Positions 25,834 through 34,594 of a stretch of DNA of 36,225 nt are shown here, piece after piece; the stretch's first letter is position 1; the number at the start of each line of letters is the position of its first letter. A program made the position numbers and the translations under genes. Where the stretch lies: assembly GCA_001816915.1 (NCBI GenBank), contig MHCL01000008.1, positions 17,040 to 53,264 of the forward strand, in the 5' to 3' direction. The notes under the pieces were generated by a model that saw nothing but the letters and a program-made list of their open reading frames with translations, had not been told where the DNA came from and made no database searches. Source of the stretch: Candidatus Chisholmbacteria bacterium RIFCSPLOWO2_01_FULL_49_14. Its GTDB lineage: Bacteria; Patescibacteriota; Microgenomatia; UBA1400; Chisholmbacteraceae.

Positions 25834-26562
25834 ATGAGTACCTACGAAGTCTCGTTGACTGATTTGCTGGAAGCCGGATGTCATTTCGGACATCAGGTAC
25901 GCCGCTGGAACCCGAGGATGAAGCCGTACATCTATTCGTCCAAAGACAGCGTGCATATTTTTGATCTGGCAAAAACTGCACAAATGCTTCAGGAGGCTTG
26001 CGAATATGTCAAAAGCATCGCGATGGAGGGGAAGATTCTCCTGATTGTGGGCACCAAACGCCAGGCGAAGGCCATCGTTCGGGAAGAGGCTCAAAAAGCG
26101 GGAGCTCCGTTTGTGAGCGAGCGTTGGCTCGGAGGCACCATAACCAATTGGGATCAGATAAAAAAGAGTATTGATTTACTTCTTGATATGCGTGATAAAA
26201 AAGAGAAAGGTGAGTATAAAAAATACACTAAGAAGGAAAACGTTCTCATCGACAGAGAGATTGAACGATTGGAACGTTTTTTCGGCGGATTGGCGCAGCT
26301 TAAAAAAGCACCCGATGCGATATTTGTTGTCGATACTCATCGGGAGGCGGTGGCTGTTGCCGAGGCGAATAACCGAGATGTCCGGGTTGTCGGAATCGTT
26401 GACACCAATGCTGATCCGAGACTGGTTGATCACTTGATTCCGGCAAATGATGATGCTGTACGGTCCATCAAACTCATTACTTCAAAAATTGCCGAGGCGT
26501 ATGCAGAAGGAAAGATGCTCTTTGAGAAGAAGAAAGGGAAAGAGAGGGAGAATAGCAAATAG
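25834..26562 (+). CDS. rpsB: 30S ribosomal protein S2
   Basis: LLEAGCHFGH..RWNP.M, VGTK.QA, RWLGG..TN, IPANDDA.RSI. Confidence 0.98.
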   Translation: MSTYEVSLTDLLEAGCHFGHQVRRWNPRMKPYIYSSKDSVHIFDLAKTAQMLQEACEYVKSIAMEGKILLIVGTKRQAKAIVREEAQKAGAPFVSERWLGGTITNWDQIKKSIDLLLDMRDKKEKGEYKKYTKKENVLIDREIERLERFFGGLAQLKKAPDAIFVVDTHREAVAVAEANNRDVRVVGIVDTNADPRLVDHLIPANDDAVRSIKLITSKIAEAYAEGKMLFEKKKGKERENSK

Positions 26563-26679
26563 CAGATGGATTTATAATAAGTTAAAAGTTCAAAATGAAA
26601 AGTGTAAAGTTACAGTTTAAAGTTAAAAATTAACAGACAAAAATCAGAGAATAAAGAGAATAGAGAAAAGTAGAGAAAT
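26563..26679 (+). repeat. A-rich periodic repeat tract between rpsB and tsf
   Basis: AAGTTAA AAGTTCA AAATGAA AAGTGTA AAGTTAC (7-nt period), followed by AGAGAATA-like units. Confidence 0.65.
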
Positions 26680-27144
26680 ATGGGAAAAATAACGACAGCG
26701 GCGATAAAGAAACTTCGGGAAAAAACGGGAGCCGGAGTGATGGAAGTAAAGAAGGCTCTTGAGGAAAGCGCGGGAGATGAATCCAAGGCTACGAAACTCA
26801 TCCAGAAGCGTGGACTTGTAAAAGCCCAGAAGCGGGCCGACAGGGAGGCCACTCAGGGAGTCATCGCTTCCTATGTCCACCAAGGAGGAAGGGTTGCGGT
26901 TTTAGTCGAACTCGCCTGTGAGACTGATTTTGTGGCGCGTACGGAGGAATTCCAGAAGCTCGCCAATGAACTTGCAATGCAGGTTGCCTCGATGGAACCC
27001 AAAAAGGTTGCAGACCTACTCAAGGAGGAGTACATTCGCGATCCGGGCAAGACCGTTGAGCAGTTGATCGGGGAGACTGTGGGAAAGACCGGGGAGAAGA
27101 TTGAAGTCAAACGCTTCGCGCGCTTCAGTTTGGGAGAGGAATAG
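26680..27144 (+). CDS. tsf: Elongation factor Ts (short form)
   Basis: IKKLREKTGAG.M..KKAL, ELACETDFVA, GEKI.V.RF.R. Confidence 0.97.
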   Translation: MGKITTAAIKKLREKTGAGVMEVKKALEESAGDESKATKLIQKRGLVKAQKRADREATQGVIASYVHQGGRVAVLVELACETDFVARTEEFQKLANELAMQVASMEPKKVADLLKEEYIRDPGKTVEQLIGETVGKTGEKIEVKRFARFSLGEE

Positions 27145-27234
27145 GGTTTCTCCGTAAGCTTTCAATTTTTCCGTTTCAAAAGACATAAAGTCCTTTGTTT
27201 ATGCAAATGTTTATGCAAACGGAGGATACTTTCT

Positions 27235-27425
27235 TGCTTGACTCCAAGCACGGGTTGTTCATTCTTTTGCTTGTCCAAAAGAATGAACCAAGAAAAGGAC
27301 ACCCTCTGAAATCCTGTCGGAACTGCTGCGATTCGGTTGGCGGTTCCCTCGAAAATTCCCTCCGGTCAGTTTCCGTTTCCCGCTCAGCCTCATCTTGCAG
27401 TTCAGCGACGAGGCTTTCAAAAGGG
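27235..27425 (+). repeat. Dispersed ~200-nt structured element, copy 2
   Basis: TGCTTG/CAAGCA mini-hairpin; perfect 13-bp stem 27257-27288; long hairpin with apex GAAAATTCCCTCCGGTCAGTTTCC. Confidence 0.8.
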
Positions 27426-27531
27426 AGATTTGATTAACAGCTTCAGGAGCTCTCTGAGTGTTCTTGATTGACTGCGTTCAAAGGGGGCATTTCGCGTAGT
27501 AGCCTATAGCCTGTGATATAATTCTCGATAT

Positions 27532-28251
27532 ATGTCCCTTGAGGATGCATTGCGGAAAGCCGAAGAACAAATGGCGCAGCAGGAAAGGGAAGAGAAAGTA
27601 AAAAAAGAGGCTGCAAAAGAGGCTGCAATTGAAGCATCTGTTCAAATGCAGAAGCGGAAAGCCGAGCAGTTGAATGATGAGGCAAGGAGTCTTTTGCGTC
27701 CGATGGTGCAAACAATCCAGCGAACCGGTATTGTGCAGATTCTGGAGGAATTGGTAAAGACAAAAAAACTTACTAAAGAGGTTAGAGAGCCGGAGTCAGC
27801 TTCGCCTCAGGTCATATTTTTTGTCACACATTGGGCTAAGCCGGGGACGGATAAGAGAGTAGATAATGTGAAATTCGTCGGTCTTGAGCTTGATGGAGGG
27901 TTTGGGCAATATATTCGCCAATATGCCGAAAATGGTGAAGAAGATGAGGTTGTCAAGCGCCTAAGCAAACTTCGTGCTTGTAAGAGAATGTGGCTAGAGT
28001 ACCCTCCTCGGGTAGGTCTAAAATGGGGTTATTACACATATTACTCACCTTATACATGGAATGATGAAGACAGTGACTGGAATGAAATCTTGTTTCTCTT
28101 TGACAAGGTTGATCATGGGTTTGCCCTGTCGGCAAGGGCAGGTCGTGGTAATACTTTTCCGGAAGTAGATCAGCTTCCTGAGAGGGATTGGAGTACTCAG
28201 ACCATTGAACAGTTGGTTGCAAAAACCTATTTGGCGGAAGTACAGTCGTAG
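27532..28251 (+). CDS. Hypothetical protein with an N-terminal coiled coil (239 aa)
   Basis: E/K/A/Q-rich N-terminus; TGaTATAAT 9 nt before the ATG. Occupies the usual pyrH position but has no UMP-kinase motifs. Confidence 0.72.
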   Translation: MSLEDALRKAEEQMAQQEREEKVKKEAAKEAAIEASVQMQKRKAEQLNDEARSLLRPMVQTIQRTGIVQILEELVKTKKLTKEVREPESASPQVIFFVTHWAKPGTDKRVDNVKFVGLELDGGFGQYIRQYAENGEEDEVVKRLSKLRACKRMWLEYPPRVGLKWGYYTYYSPYTWNDEDSDWNEILFLFDKVDHGFALSARAGRGNTFPEVDQLPERDWSTQTIEQLVAKTYLAEVQS

Positions 28252-28535
28252 TAACGGAGATTGATTTGCGGTATCTGCAATCTTGCCTTTTCTTCTCTCG
28301 GCTGAACACAGTTTCTGATGCTTTTTTCTAACTTCAGTATTGAGTACAGGTTCGCTTGCTCATTCGATTTCTTTCAGCGAGTTCTAGTGAGTTTACTCTT
28401 GAGAAATACTTTATAACTGCGGTCCGGGCGGATGGCATTTATAGAGTATTTTGAACTGTTGATGATCTTTATGTGGAGGTGTGTAGGTATTTGTTTTTGC
28501 ACGGCGACGGGTTTCGTTTATAATGTCCTTACGTT

Positions 28536-29093
28536 ATGGAACATGAAATTTTAATTCAAACCAGAACTGACATGGAGGCGGTCCTGAGCGTGGTCGTTGA
28601 GGATCTGGCGACCGTTAAAACCGGAAGGGCGAAACCTTCACTCATTGAGCGGGTGATGATAGAGGTCTATAACATGAGAATGCCGCTTATTGAACTGGCA
28701 ACTATTTCCGCACCCGATCCTCAACTACTAGTCGTTCAGCCTTGGGATGAGTCGGTTATTCAGGATATCGCGAAGGGCATCTCGCAGAGTCAAATCGGCT
28801 TAAATCCGGTGGTTGACGGCTCGATCATCCGTCTGCAGATTCCTCCCTTAACCGAAGAGCGCAGGGAAGAGTATGTTACGCTCGTGCGCCAAAAGATCGA
28901 GAGCGGGAGGGTCATGCTGCGGCAGGCGAGACAGGACTCGAAAAAGCGGATTGAGGGGTTGAAGGGAGAGCCGGGAGTTTCCGAGGATGATATTTTTCGT
29001 CTGTTAACGGAGCTTGAGAAGGTTACTGATGAGCATACAGAAAAATTGGAAGCTCAAGGGCAGGACAAAGAAGCGGAATTGAGGACGATTTAG
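28536..29093 (+). CDS. frr: Ribosome recycling factor
   Basis: TGRA.P, VQPWD, GLNP..DG..IR..IPPLTEERR. Confidence 0.96.
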   Translation: MEHEILIQTRTDMEAVLSVVVEDLATVKTGRAKPSLIERVMIEVYNMRMPLIELATISAPDPQLLVVQPWDESVIQDIAKGISQSQIGLNPVVDGSIIRLQIPPLTEERREEYVTLVRQKIESGRVMLRQARQDSKKRIEGLKGEPGVSEDDIFRLLTELEKVTDEHTEKLEAQGQDKEAELRTI

Positions 29094-29099
29094 AAGATG

Positions 29100-29200
29100 G
29101 CATATCAATGTTTAATATTTGAGGTTTAATGTCCAATGATTTAAGATTTAAGATTTAAGACAAGAAAATAGAGAACAGAGAGCAACGATTTAAGATAGAA
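29100..29200 (+). repeat. Heptamer-period repeat tract
   Basis: GTTTAAT ATTTGAG GTTTAAT GTCCAAT G ATTTAAG ATTTAAG ATTTAAG. Confidence 0.65.
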
Positions 29201-29235
29201 GCTTCGGGAATGAGGCAGACAAGCGGAGACCAGAA

Positions 29236-30432
29236 ATGACTTTTTTGATTTTTCTTGGGGTTTTGTCGCTGCTGGTTTTTGTGCATGAAGCCGGACATTT
29301 TTTAGTGGCAAAAAAGGCTGGCATCCGTGTTGAGGAATTCGGTTTCGGCATTCCACCCCGGATCATCGGGAAAAAAATCGGAGAGACGATCTACTCTTTG
29401 AACCTCCTGCCCATCGGAGGATTTGTCCGGCTTCTCGGTGAAGACCGGGAAGAGGTCAGTGAGAGTGACAGGCTGGGTTTGACGCGAGAAGAGTTGAAGA
29501 AACGGGCCTTTTTCACGCAACCAAAACGGATCCGGATAGCCGTGGTCGTTTCCGGTGTGATCATGAACTTCCTCTTAGGTGTGGTCTTATTCAGCGGATT
29601 GTATACCGCGATTGGGATCCCGACCGCGGCGGATGGCGTGCAAATTGTTGAGCTTTTTAAAGATTCGCCGGCCGCTTCGGCATTTGAGCTCGGAGATGAG
29701 GTTGTCTCCGTTGAAGGGACCGCGGTGCAAACACCGCAGGAATTCCAGGATTTAGTTCAAGGAAAATCGGGACAGGAGGTTGGATTTGAGGTGCTTCGAG
29801 GCGGGGCGCTTACCATTATCACGGCATTGGCGCGCAGCGAGCCACCGGTGCACTACGGAGCACCAACCTTACAGTTGTCGGATGATAAGAGGGGAATCGC
29901 TTGCGTACGGCCGGCAAATCAGGAAGGGGCGCTGGGAGTCGTCATCTCGTCAAAAACGGAAATGATGCATTATCCCATCTGGCAGATGCCGTTTCGTGCC
30001 GCAGGTTTTGGTCTGAAAGTTGCCTACGGGTGGGGATCCAACATCATCCGTGGTCTTGGGGGTCTTTTGACTCAGCTTGTCTGTGGGTCCGTCCCGCAGG
30101 ACATCGGCGGTCCGGTTGAGATTGCATTCCTCATTTCCGAAGTTTCCAAAACCGGGTTTGCTCCGCTGATCAACCTGGTGGCGGTGCTTTCCATCAACCT
30201 CGCGATCGTCAATCTCCTGCCAATTCCTGCCTTAGACGGAGGGAGGCTCCTCTTTATCATGATGGAGGCAGTGATTGGGAGAACGATTTCGCCAAGAGCC
30301 GAGCGTTTGACCCATGCGGTCGGTATGGCGCTTCTGTTGGCACTGATGTTTGCCATTACCGTTCAGGATATTCTGCGCCGCTCCGGCGCGGAGAGTTTGG
30401 GCGCGTTGGTTGAGCGTGTTGTCCGGATGTGA
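29236..30432 (+). CDS. rseP: Site-2 (M50) membrane zinc metalloprotease with PDZ domain
   Basis: HEAGH, GFG, P.GGFV, NLLPIPALDGG. Confidence 0.93.
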   Translation: MTFLIFLGVLSLLVFVHEAGHFLVAKKAGIRVEEFGFGIPPRIIGKKIGETIYSLNLLPIGGFVRLLGEDREEVSESDRLGLTREELKKRAFFTQPKRIRIAVVVSGVIMNFLLGVVLFSGLYTAIGIPTAADGVQIVELFKDSPAASAFELGDEVVSVEGTAVQTPQEFQDLVQGKSGQEVGFEVLRGGALTIITALARSEPPVHYGAPTLQLSDDKRGIACVRPANQEGALGVVISSKTEMMHYPIWQMPFRAAGFGLKVAYGWGSNIIRGLGGLLTQLVCGSVPQDIGGPVEIAFLISEVSKTGFAPLINLVAVLSINLAIVNLLPIPALDGGRLLFIMMEAVIGRTISPRAERLTHAVGMALLLALMFAITVQDILRRSGAESLGALVERVVRM

Positions 30433-30856
30433 GATTTTGCGTGCCTTTCATCCGTCCCCGATGGTGGGTGATTCGTGAAGTTGACAATCTCGGGACGGGT
30501 AATTTTCCCCTCGCGCCTCGGGTAAATGGTCGAACGATGGAGGATTCACCGACTTTGAGATCGACGGCATTTTTTATCATGAGGCCGTTCTTGAGGAAGA
30601 TCACGCGTGGCAGTACTACTACCGGTTTTTCCTGAGCGTTGAGGATTACGATGGGCTCTTTATCGCTTTCGGTGAGATGGGCTCTGATCGGAGTCTCCGT
30701 TTCAGCAAAGAGAACGACGTCTTCGTCGACCGCAATTCCTTGTTCAGATACGTCATCCAATTCCTGCCTTTTTCCTTGCTCGTTTGATCTTCCTCTTCCC
30801 AGTTTCCGTATTTCCAAATAGTGGGAGATTTCTGCACCCGCTTCCGTATTACTCAT
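30356..30856 (-). CDS. Hypothetical protein (166 aa), convergent with rseP and overlapping its 3' end
   Basis: Fills a ~480-nt gap; TGcTATCAT and AAAGGT upstream of ATG 30856. Confidence 0.5.
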   Translation of the reverse strand: MSNTEAGAEISHYLEIRKLGRGRSNEQGKRQELDDVSEQGIAVDEDVVLFAETETPIRAHLTESDKEPIVILNAQEKPVVVLPRVIFLKNGLMIKNAVDLKVGESSIVRPFTRGARGKLPVPRLSTSRITHHRGRMKGTQNLTSGQHAQPTRPNSPRRSGAEYPER

Positions 30857-30913
30857 GATTACCTTTGTTGGCCATGATAGCATTTTTAAGAAAGCTTTGT
30901 TATGATTTCTGAG

Positions 30914-32158
30914 ATGTTGCAATCGACACTTTTCCCAAAAACGAAGAAGGAAGCGCCCAAGGATGCTCAGAGCATCAATCATCGGCTGTTGGTGAGGGGA
31001 GGGTTAATTGATCAATTGATGGCAGGTAGCTGGACGCTCTTGCCGCTCGGATGGAGGGTTGTCTCCAAGATCAATCAGATTATACGGGAAGAAATGAACG
31101 CAATCGGGGCGCAGGAACTGCTTATGCCGCTTTTGCATCCCAAAGCGATTTGGAATGAAACCGGTCGTTGGGATGTGGCGCATGAGATTATGTATAAGCT
31201 CAAGGATGTTCGGGAGCGGGAATTCGTACTTTCCTTCACTCATGAGGAGATCGTGATGGATCTTCTGCGCAAGCACATCTCGAGCTATCAGGATCTCCCG
31301 ATCGCTGTCTACCACTTTTCCACCAAATTCCGCAATGAACTGCGAGCGCGTTCAGGCATTCTGCGTGGCAGAGAGTTTCTCATGAAAGATTTATACAGCG
31401 CCCATACCGACGAGAAAGATTTGCAGCACTACTATGAAATGGTGAAGGAGGCATACGGGAAAATCTTCACGCGATTGGGATTCACCACTAAGATCATTGA
31501 AGCCGCAGGCGGTGTGTTTACCCAGCAACATACCCATGAGTTTCAAGTGATTACGCCGGGCGGAGAGGATACCATCTATTATTGCGATCGATGCACATGG
31601 GGTCAAAATAAAGAGATTTATTCCGGAAAAGCGGGGGACCGCTGTCCACAATGCAAAACGGGAAGCGTCATTTCCGCAAAGGCGATTGAAGTGGGGAATA
31701 TCTTTCCGCTGGGAACCCGTTACGCGGAGAAGATGGGCGTCAACTTCACGGATTCGAGAGGGATAAAGCATCCGGTGTGGTTCGGAAGCTACGGCATCGG
31801 TCCGACACGAGTATTGGGGGCGTTGGTTGAGGTTTCCCACGATGATCGAGGCATTATTTGGTACCCGCAAGTTGCGCCGTTTGAGGTCCACTTGGTGGAA
31901 CTGAAGACGAAAGACGCAGGACTAAAGACGGAAGAAATTTACGGGCGACTTCAAGATGACGGGATTGATGTGTTGTTGGATGACCGGGATGTCTCGGCCG
32001 GGGAGAAGTTTGCGGACGCGGACCTCATCGGGATTCCGGTCCGCCTGGTTGTTTCGCAAAAAACAGGAGATCGTGTTGAGTGGAAGCGAAGAGATTCAGA
32101 GAAGGCTGAGCTTCTTTCTTACGCGGATGTCATTGACAGACTGAAGAAATTAACGTAG
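30914..32158 (+). CDS. proS: Prolyl-tRNA synthetase (short bacterial type without a full editing domain)
   Basis: THEE, KFRNELR.R.G.LRGREF.MKD.YS, IEVGNIF.LG, YGIG..R, GEKFADADLIG. Start 30914 lies 7 nt after TGtTATGAT. Confidence 0.96.
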   Translation: MLQSTLFPKTKKEAPKDAQSINHRLLVRGGLIDQLMAGSWTLLPLGWRVVSKINQIIREEMNAIGAQELLMPLLHPKAIWNETGRWDVAHEIMYKLKDVREREFVLSFTHEEIVMDLLRKHISSYQDLPIAVYHFSTKFRNELRARSGILRGREFLMKDLYSAHTDEKDLQHYYEMVKEAYGKIFTRLGFTTKIIEAAGGVFTQQHTHEFQVITPGGEDTIYYCDRCTWGQNKEIYSGKAGDRCPQCKTGSVISAKAIEVGNIFPLGTRYAEKMGVNFTDSRGIKHPVWFGSYGIGPTRVLGALVEVSHDDRGIIWYPQVAPFEVHLVELKTKDAGLKTEEIYGRLQDDGIDVLLDDRDVSAGEKFADADLIGIPVRLVVSQKTGDRVEWKRRDSEKAELLSYADVIDRLKKLT

Positions 32159-32188
32159 AAGAGATATTTGATTTATCATTATTTGATT

Positions 32189-32403
32189 TGCTTGTGCCAA
32201 GCAGTCATTGACCATTTCTTTGCTCATCCAAAGAAATGGTCGAAAGAAAAGATGCCCCATGCTGCGTCGGTGGCTGGACCATCGACCCCACTTGCAGTAG
32301 GGTCTGCGCTTTTCTTTTCGGGAAGCCTTCCGAAATTCCCTCCGGTCAGTTTCGGCTTTCCTCTCAAGAAAAGCGGATCCAGCCGCACCGACTCCGCCAA
32401 GGG
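32189..32403 (+). repeat. Dispersed ~200-nt structured element, copy 3
   Basis: TGCTTG/CAAGCA; perfect 13-bp stem 32210-32241; long hairpin with apex GAAATTCCCTCCGGTCAGTTTC. Confidence 0.8.
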
Positions 32404-32491
32404 TATTTCATTTGATAAACTGCGGTATGGGTTTCATGACGGGATATCAGATCTTTCTCGAATAAAAGCGTATATAAATGTGGTTTAGTTT

Positions 32492-33499
32492 ATGGTTAAG
32501 AAAAGGCCAAAGATCGTGGTGATTGGGGGCGGGACGGGAACCTTCGTCGCTTTGAGCGGTTTGAAAAAGCACCCCGTTCAACTCACTGCCGTGGTTTCGA
32601 TGGCGGACAGCGGAGGCAGCAACCGCATCATCCGCGATGAATTCGGTTTGCTCCCGACCTCCGATATCCGACAGTGCATGGTAGCGTTGGCTGAAACCAA
32701 CGGAGAGAGCGAACTCCTCCGCAAGCTTTTTATGTACCGGTTTCATCAGGGAAAAGGCATTGCCGGCATGACGTTCGGAAATCTCTTCATCGCGGCGCTC
32801 TCCGACATTATGGGATCTCAAGAAGTCGCCATCGAAGAAACCGGGAAAATCCTGAGGATTTCAGGCACTATTTTACCGGTCACTTCCGACAGCGTTGATT
32901 TGGTTGCCGAATACGCAGACGGCTCGCGCGTTGTCGGAGAACATGAAATTGATGAACCCAGTCATGATGGGCGAATGAGAATTGTCAAGCTTTCCACCAA
33001 GCCGTCAGGCCGCGTTGATCAACACGCCGCTGCCGCGATACGCGAAGCTGACTTGGTCGTCTTGGGACCCGGTGATTTATATACCAGCATTTTGGCGGAC
33101 GTGGTTATCAGCGGAGTACCCGAAGCGATTCAAGCCTGTCGGGGAAAGATAGCCTACGTCGTCAACCTCATGACACGCTGGGGCCAGACCTATGATTTCA
33201 GCGCTTCCGATCATGTGCGCGAGATTGAGACGTATATCGGAACGAAACGGGGGCTCGATGCGGTTGTGGTGAATAATAATTTCGACTTCCCCAAAGCAAT
33301 TCTATCTGCGTATGAGAAGGAGCACGCCAAACCTATTGAGGATGATCTGCGGGGTGACGGATACCGTATCATCCGTCGGAATCTGCTTTCAAAACTACTT
33401 TATCAAAAACCGAGGGGAGATGTGCTTAAACGCAGCGTCATCCGGCATGATGCCGACACGTTGGGCAGAGCGCTTTTGGAGGCTCTCAGGCCTTTATGA
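32492..33499 (+). CDS. yvcK: YvcK/GlmR family (UPF0052, CofD-like) protein
   Basis: VVIGGGTG, V.MADSGGS, GNL.I.AL, GPG.LYTS, RHD. Confidence 0.9.
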   Translation: MVKKRPKIVVIGGGTGTFVALSGLKKHPVQLTAVVSMADSGGSNRIIRDEFGLLPTSDIRQCMVALAETNGESELLRKLFMYRFHQGKGIAGMTFGNLFIAALSDIMGSQEVAIEETGKILRISGTILPVTSDSVDLVAEYADGSRVVGEHEIDEPSHDGRMRIVKLSTKPSGRVDQHAAAAIREADLVVLGPGDLYTSILADVVISGVPEAIQACRGKIAYVVNLMTRWGQTYDFSASDHVREIETYIGTKRGLDAVVVNNNFDFPKAILSAYEKEHAKPIEDDLRGDGYRIIRRNLLSKLLYQKPRGDVLKRSVIRHDADTLGRALLEALRPL

Positions 33500-33542
33500 T
33501 TTCCTACTTGTCGATTAAGCCCTTATTCACTATACTATGGCG

Positions 33543-33710
33543 GCGCAGGAAATCGAATGAATAAGTTTTTGGTAAGCACAAGTCGGTTTCCTCCATCTTT
33601 CATGAAACATCAGGATACTATCAAAGCAATACCTGGGGGATAAACTCGATAGATTGAGAAGAAACCGGAAGGACTACCCGAGTTCCCAGCTTTGCTGGGA
33701 ACTCTGTTTT
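33543..33710 (+). ncRNA. Candidate ~165-nt small RNA (or long leader)
   Basis: Promoter TTGTCG(33508)-17-TATACT, long interrupted stem, strong terminator; only short ORFs inside. Confidence 0.35.
33680..33710 (+). terminator. Intrinsic terminator
   Basis: Perfect 11-bp stem GAGTTCCCAGC-TTT-GCTGGGAACTC followed by TGTTTT. Confidence 0.7.
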
Positions 33711-33754
33711 AGAGTAACAAATAAGCATTTTTGGGAAGGAGGGGTTATGATTGC

Positions 33755-34594
33755 ATGGCAAAGACGATTGTTACCCACATTAATCCGGATTTGGATGCGA
33801 TAACTTCGGTTTGGCTCCTGATTCGTTTCGGAGGAACAGATTTTCGTGATGCACATTTCTCGTTTGTCCCGGCCGGCGAACGATTGGGGAAAGATGATGA
33901 GCAGATAGTTCACGTTGATACCGGTTTGGGAATGTTTGACCATCATCAGAAGGATCGCGGCCGGGAAGACACCAGCGCCTCAAAGCTTGTCTACGAATGG
34001 CTTATCGATGAAGGCAAAATAACAAAAAGCGAACCTCTGCGCAGGATAGTCGAGCTGGTCAACCAATTTGATCACTTCGGAGAATACTTTTGGCCGGATC
34101 CCCTTGAGTACCGTTATGAGTTTTTCCTCGGTAATCTCATTAACGGAATGAAGCTTGGAAAATATGTCTCCGATGATGACCAACTTGTACAATTCGGCAT
34201 GCGTTGTTTGGACGGCATCCTTGTTTCGTTTAAGATCCGAATTGCAGCCGAGGAGGCGCTGAATACGGGTATACAGTTTCAGACGCACTGGGGGAAGACG
34301 ATTGCCATAGAAACGACAACCAACGGGGTTATGAAGCTTGCGCTCAAGTCCGGCTACAAGCTCGTCGCCCGCCGTAATCCGGAAACCGGGATGGTGCGCA
34401 TCAAATCGGCGCCGCTGCCTGAGGTTAACCTGACACGTGTCTACGAAAAGCTCAAAAAAGTTGATTCCCAAGCAACTTGGTATTTTCATCCGAGCGGTCA
34501 TATGGTCCTCAATGGTTCGTTAAGAAACCCGACAATGAGGGCAAGTAAATTGTCTTTGTCGGAAGTGATTGAGATTTTGAAACAGGCGAAATAG
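33755..34594 (+). CDS. DHH-family (MYG1-like) phosphoesterase
   Basis: VTH.NPDLDA, VHVDTG.G.FDHHQ. Confidence 0.75.
   Translation: MAKTIVTHINPDLDAITSVWLLIRFGGTDFRDAHFSFVPAGERLGKDDEQIVHVDTGLGMFDHHQKDRGREDTSASKLVYEWLIDEGKITKSEPLRRIVELVNQFDHFGEYFWPDPLEYRYEFFLGNLINGMKLGKYVSDDDQLVQFGMRCLDGILVSFKIRIAAEEALNTGIQFQTHWGKTIAIETTTNGVMKLALKSGYKLVARRNPETGMVRIKSAPLPEVNLTRVYEKLKKVDSQATWYFHPSGHMVLNGSLRNPTMRASKLSLSEVIEILKQAK

Noticed and set aside
28252-28535. 280-nt gap before frr as a possible RNA gene
   Set aside because: No tRNA cloverleaf, convincing long stem or credible ORF could be identified by eye.
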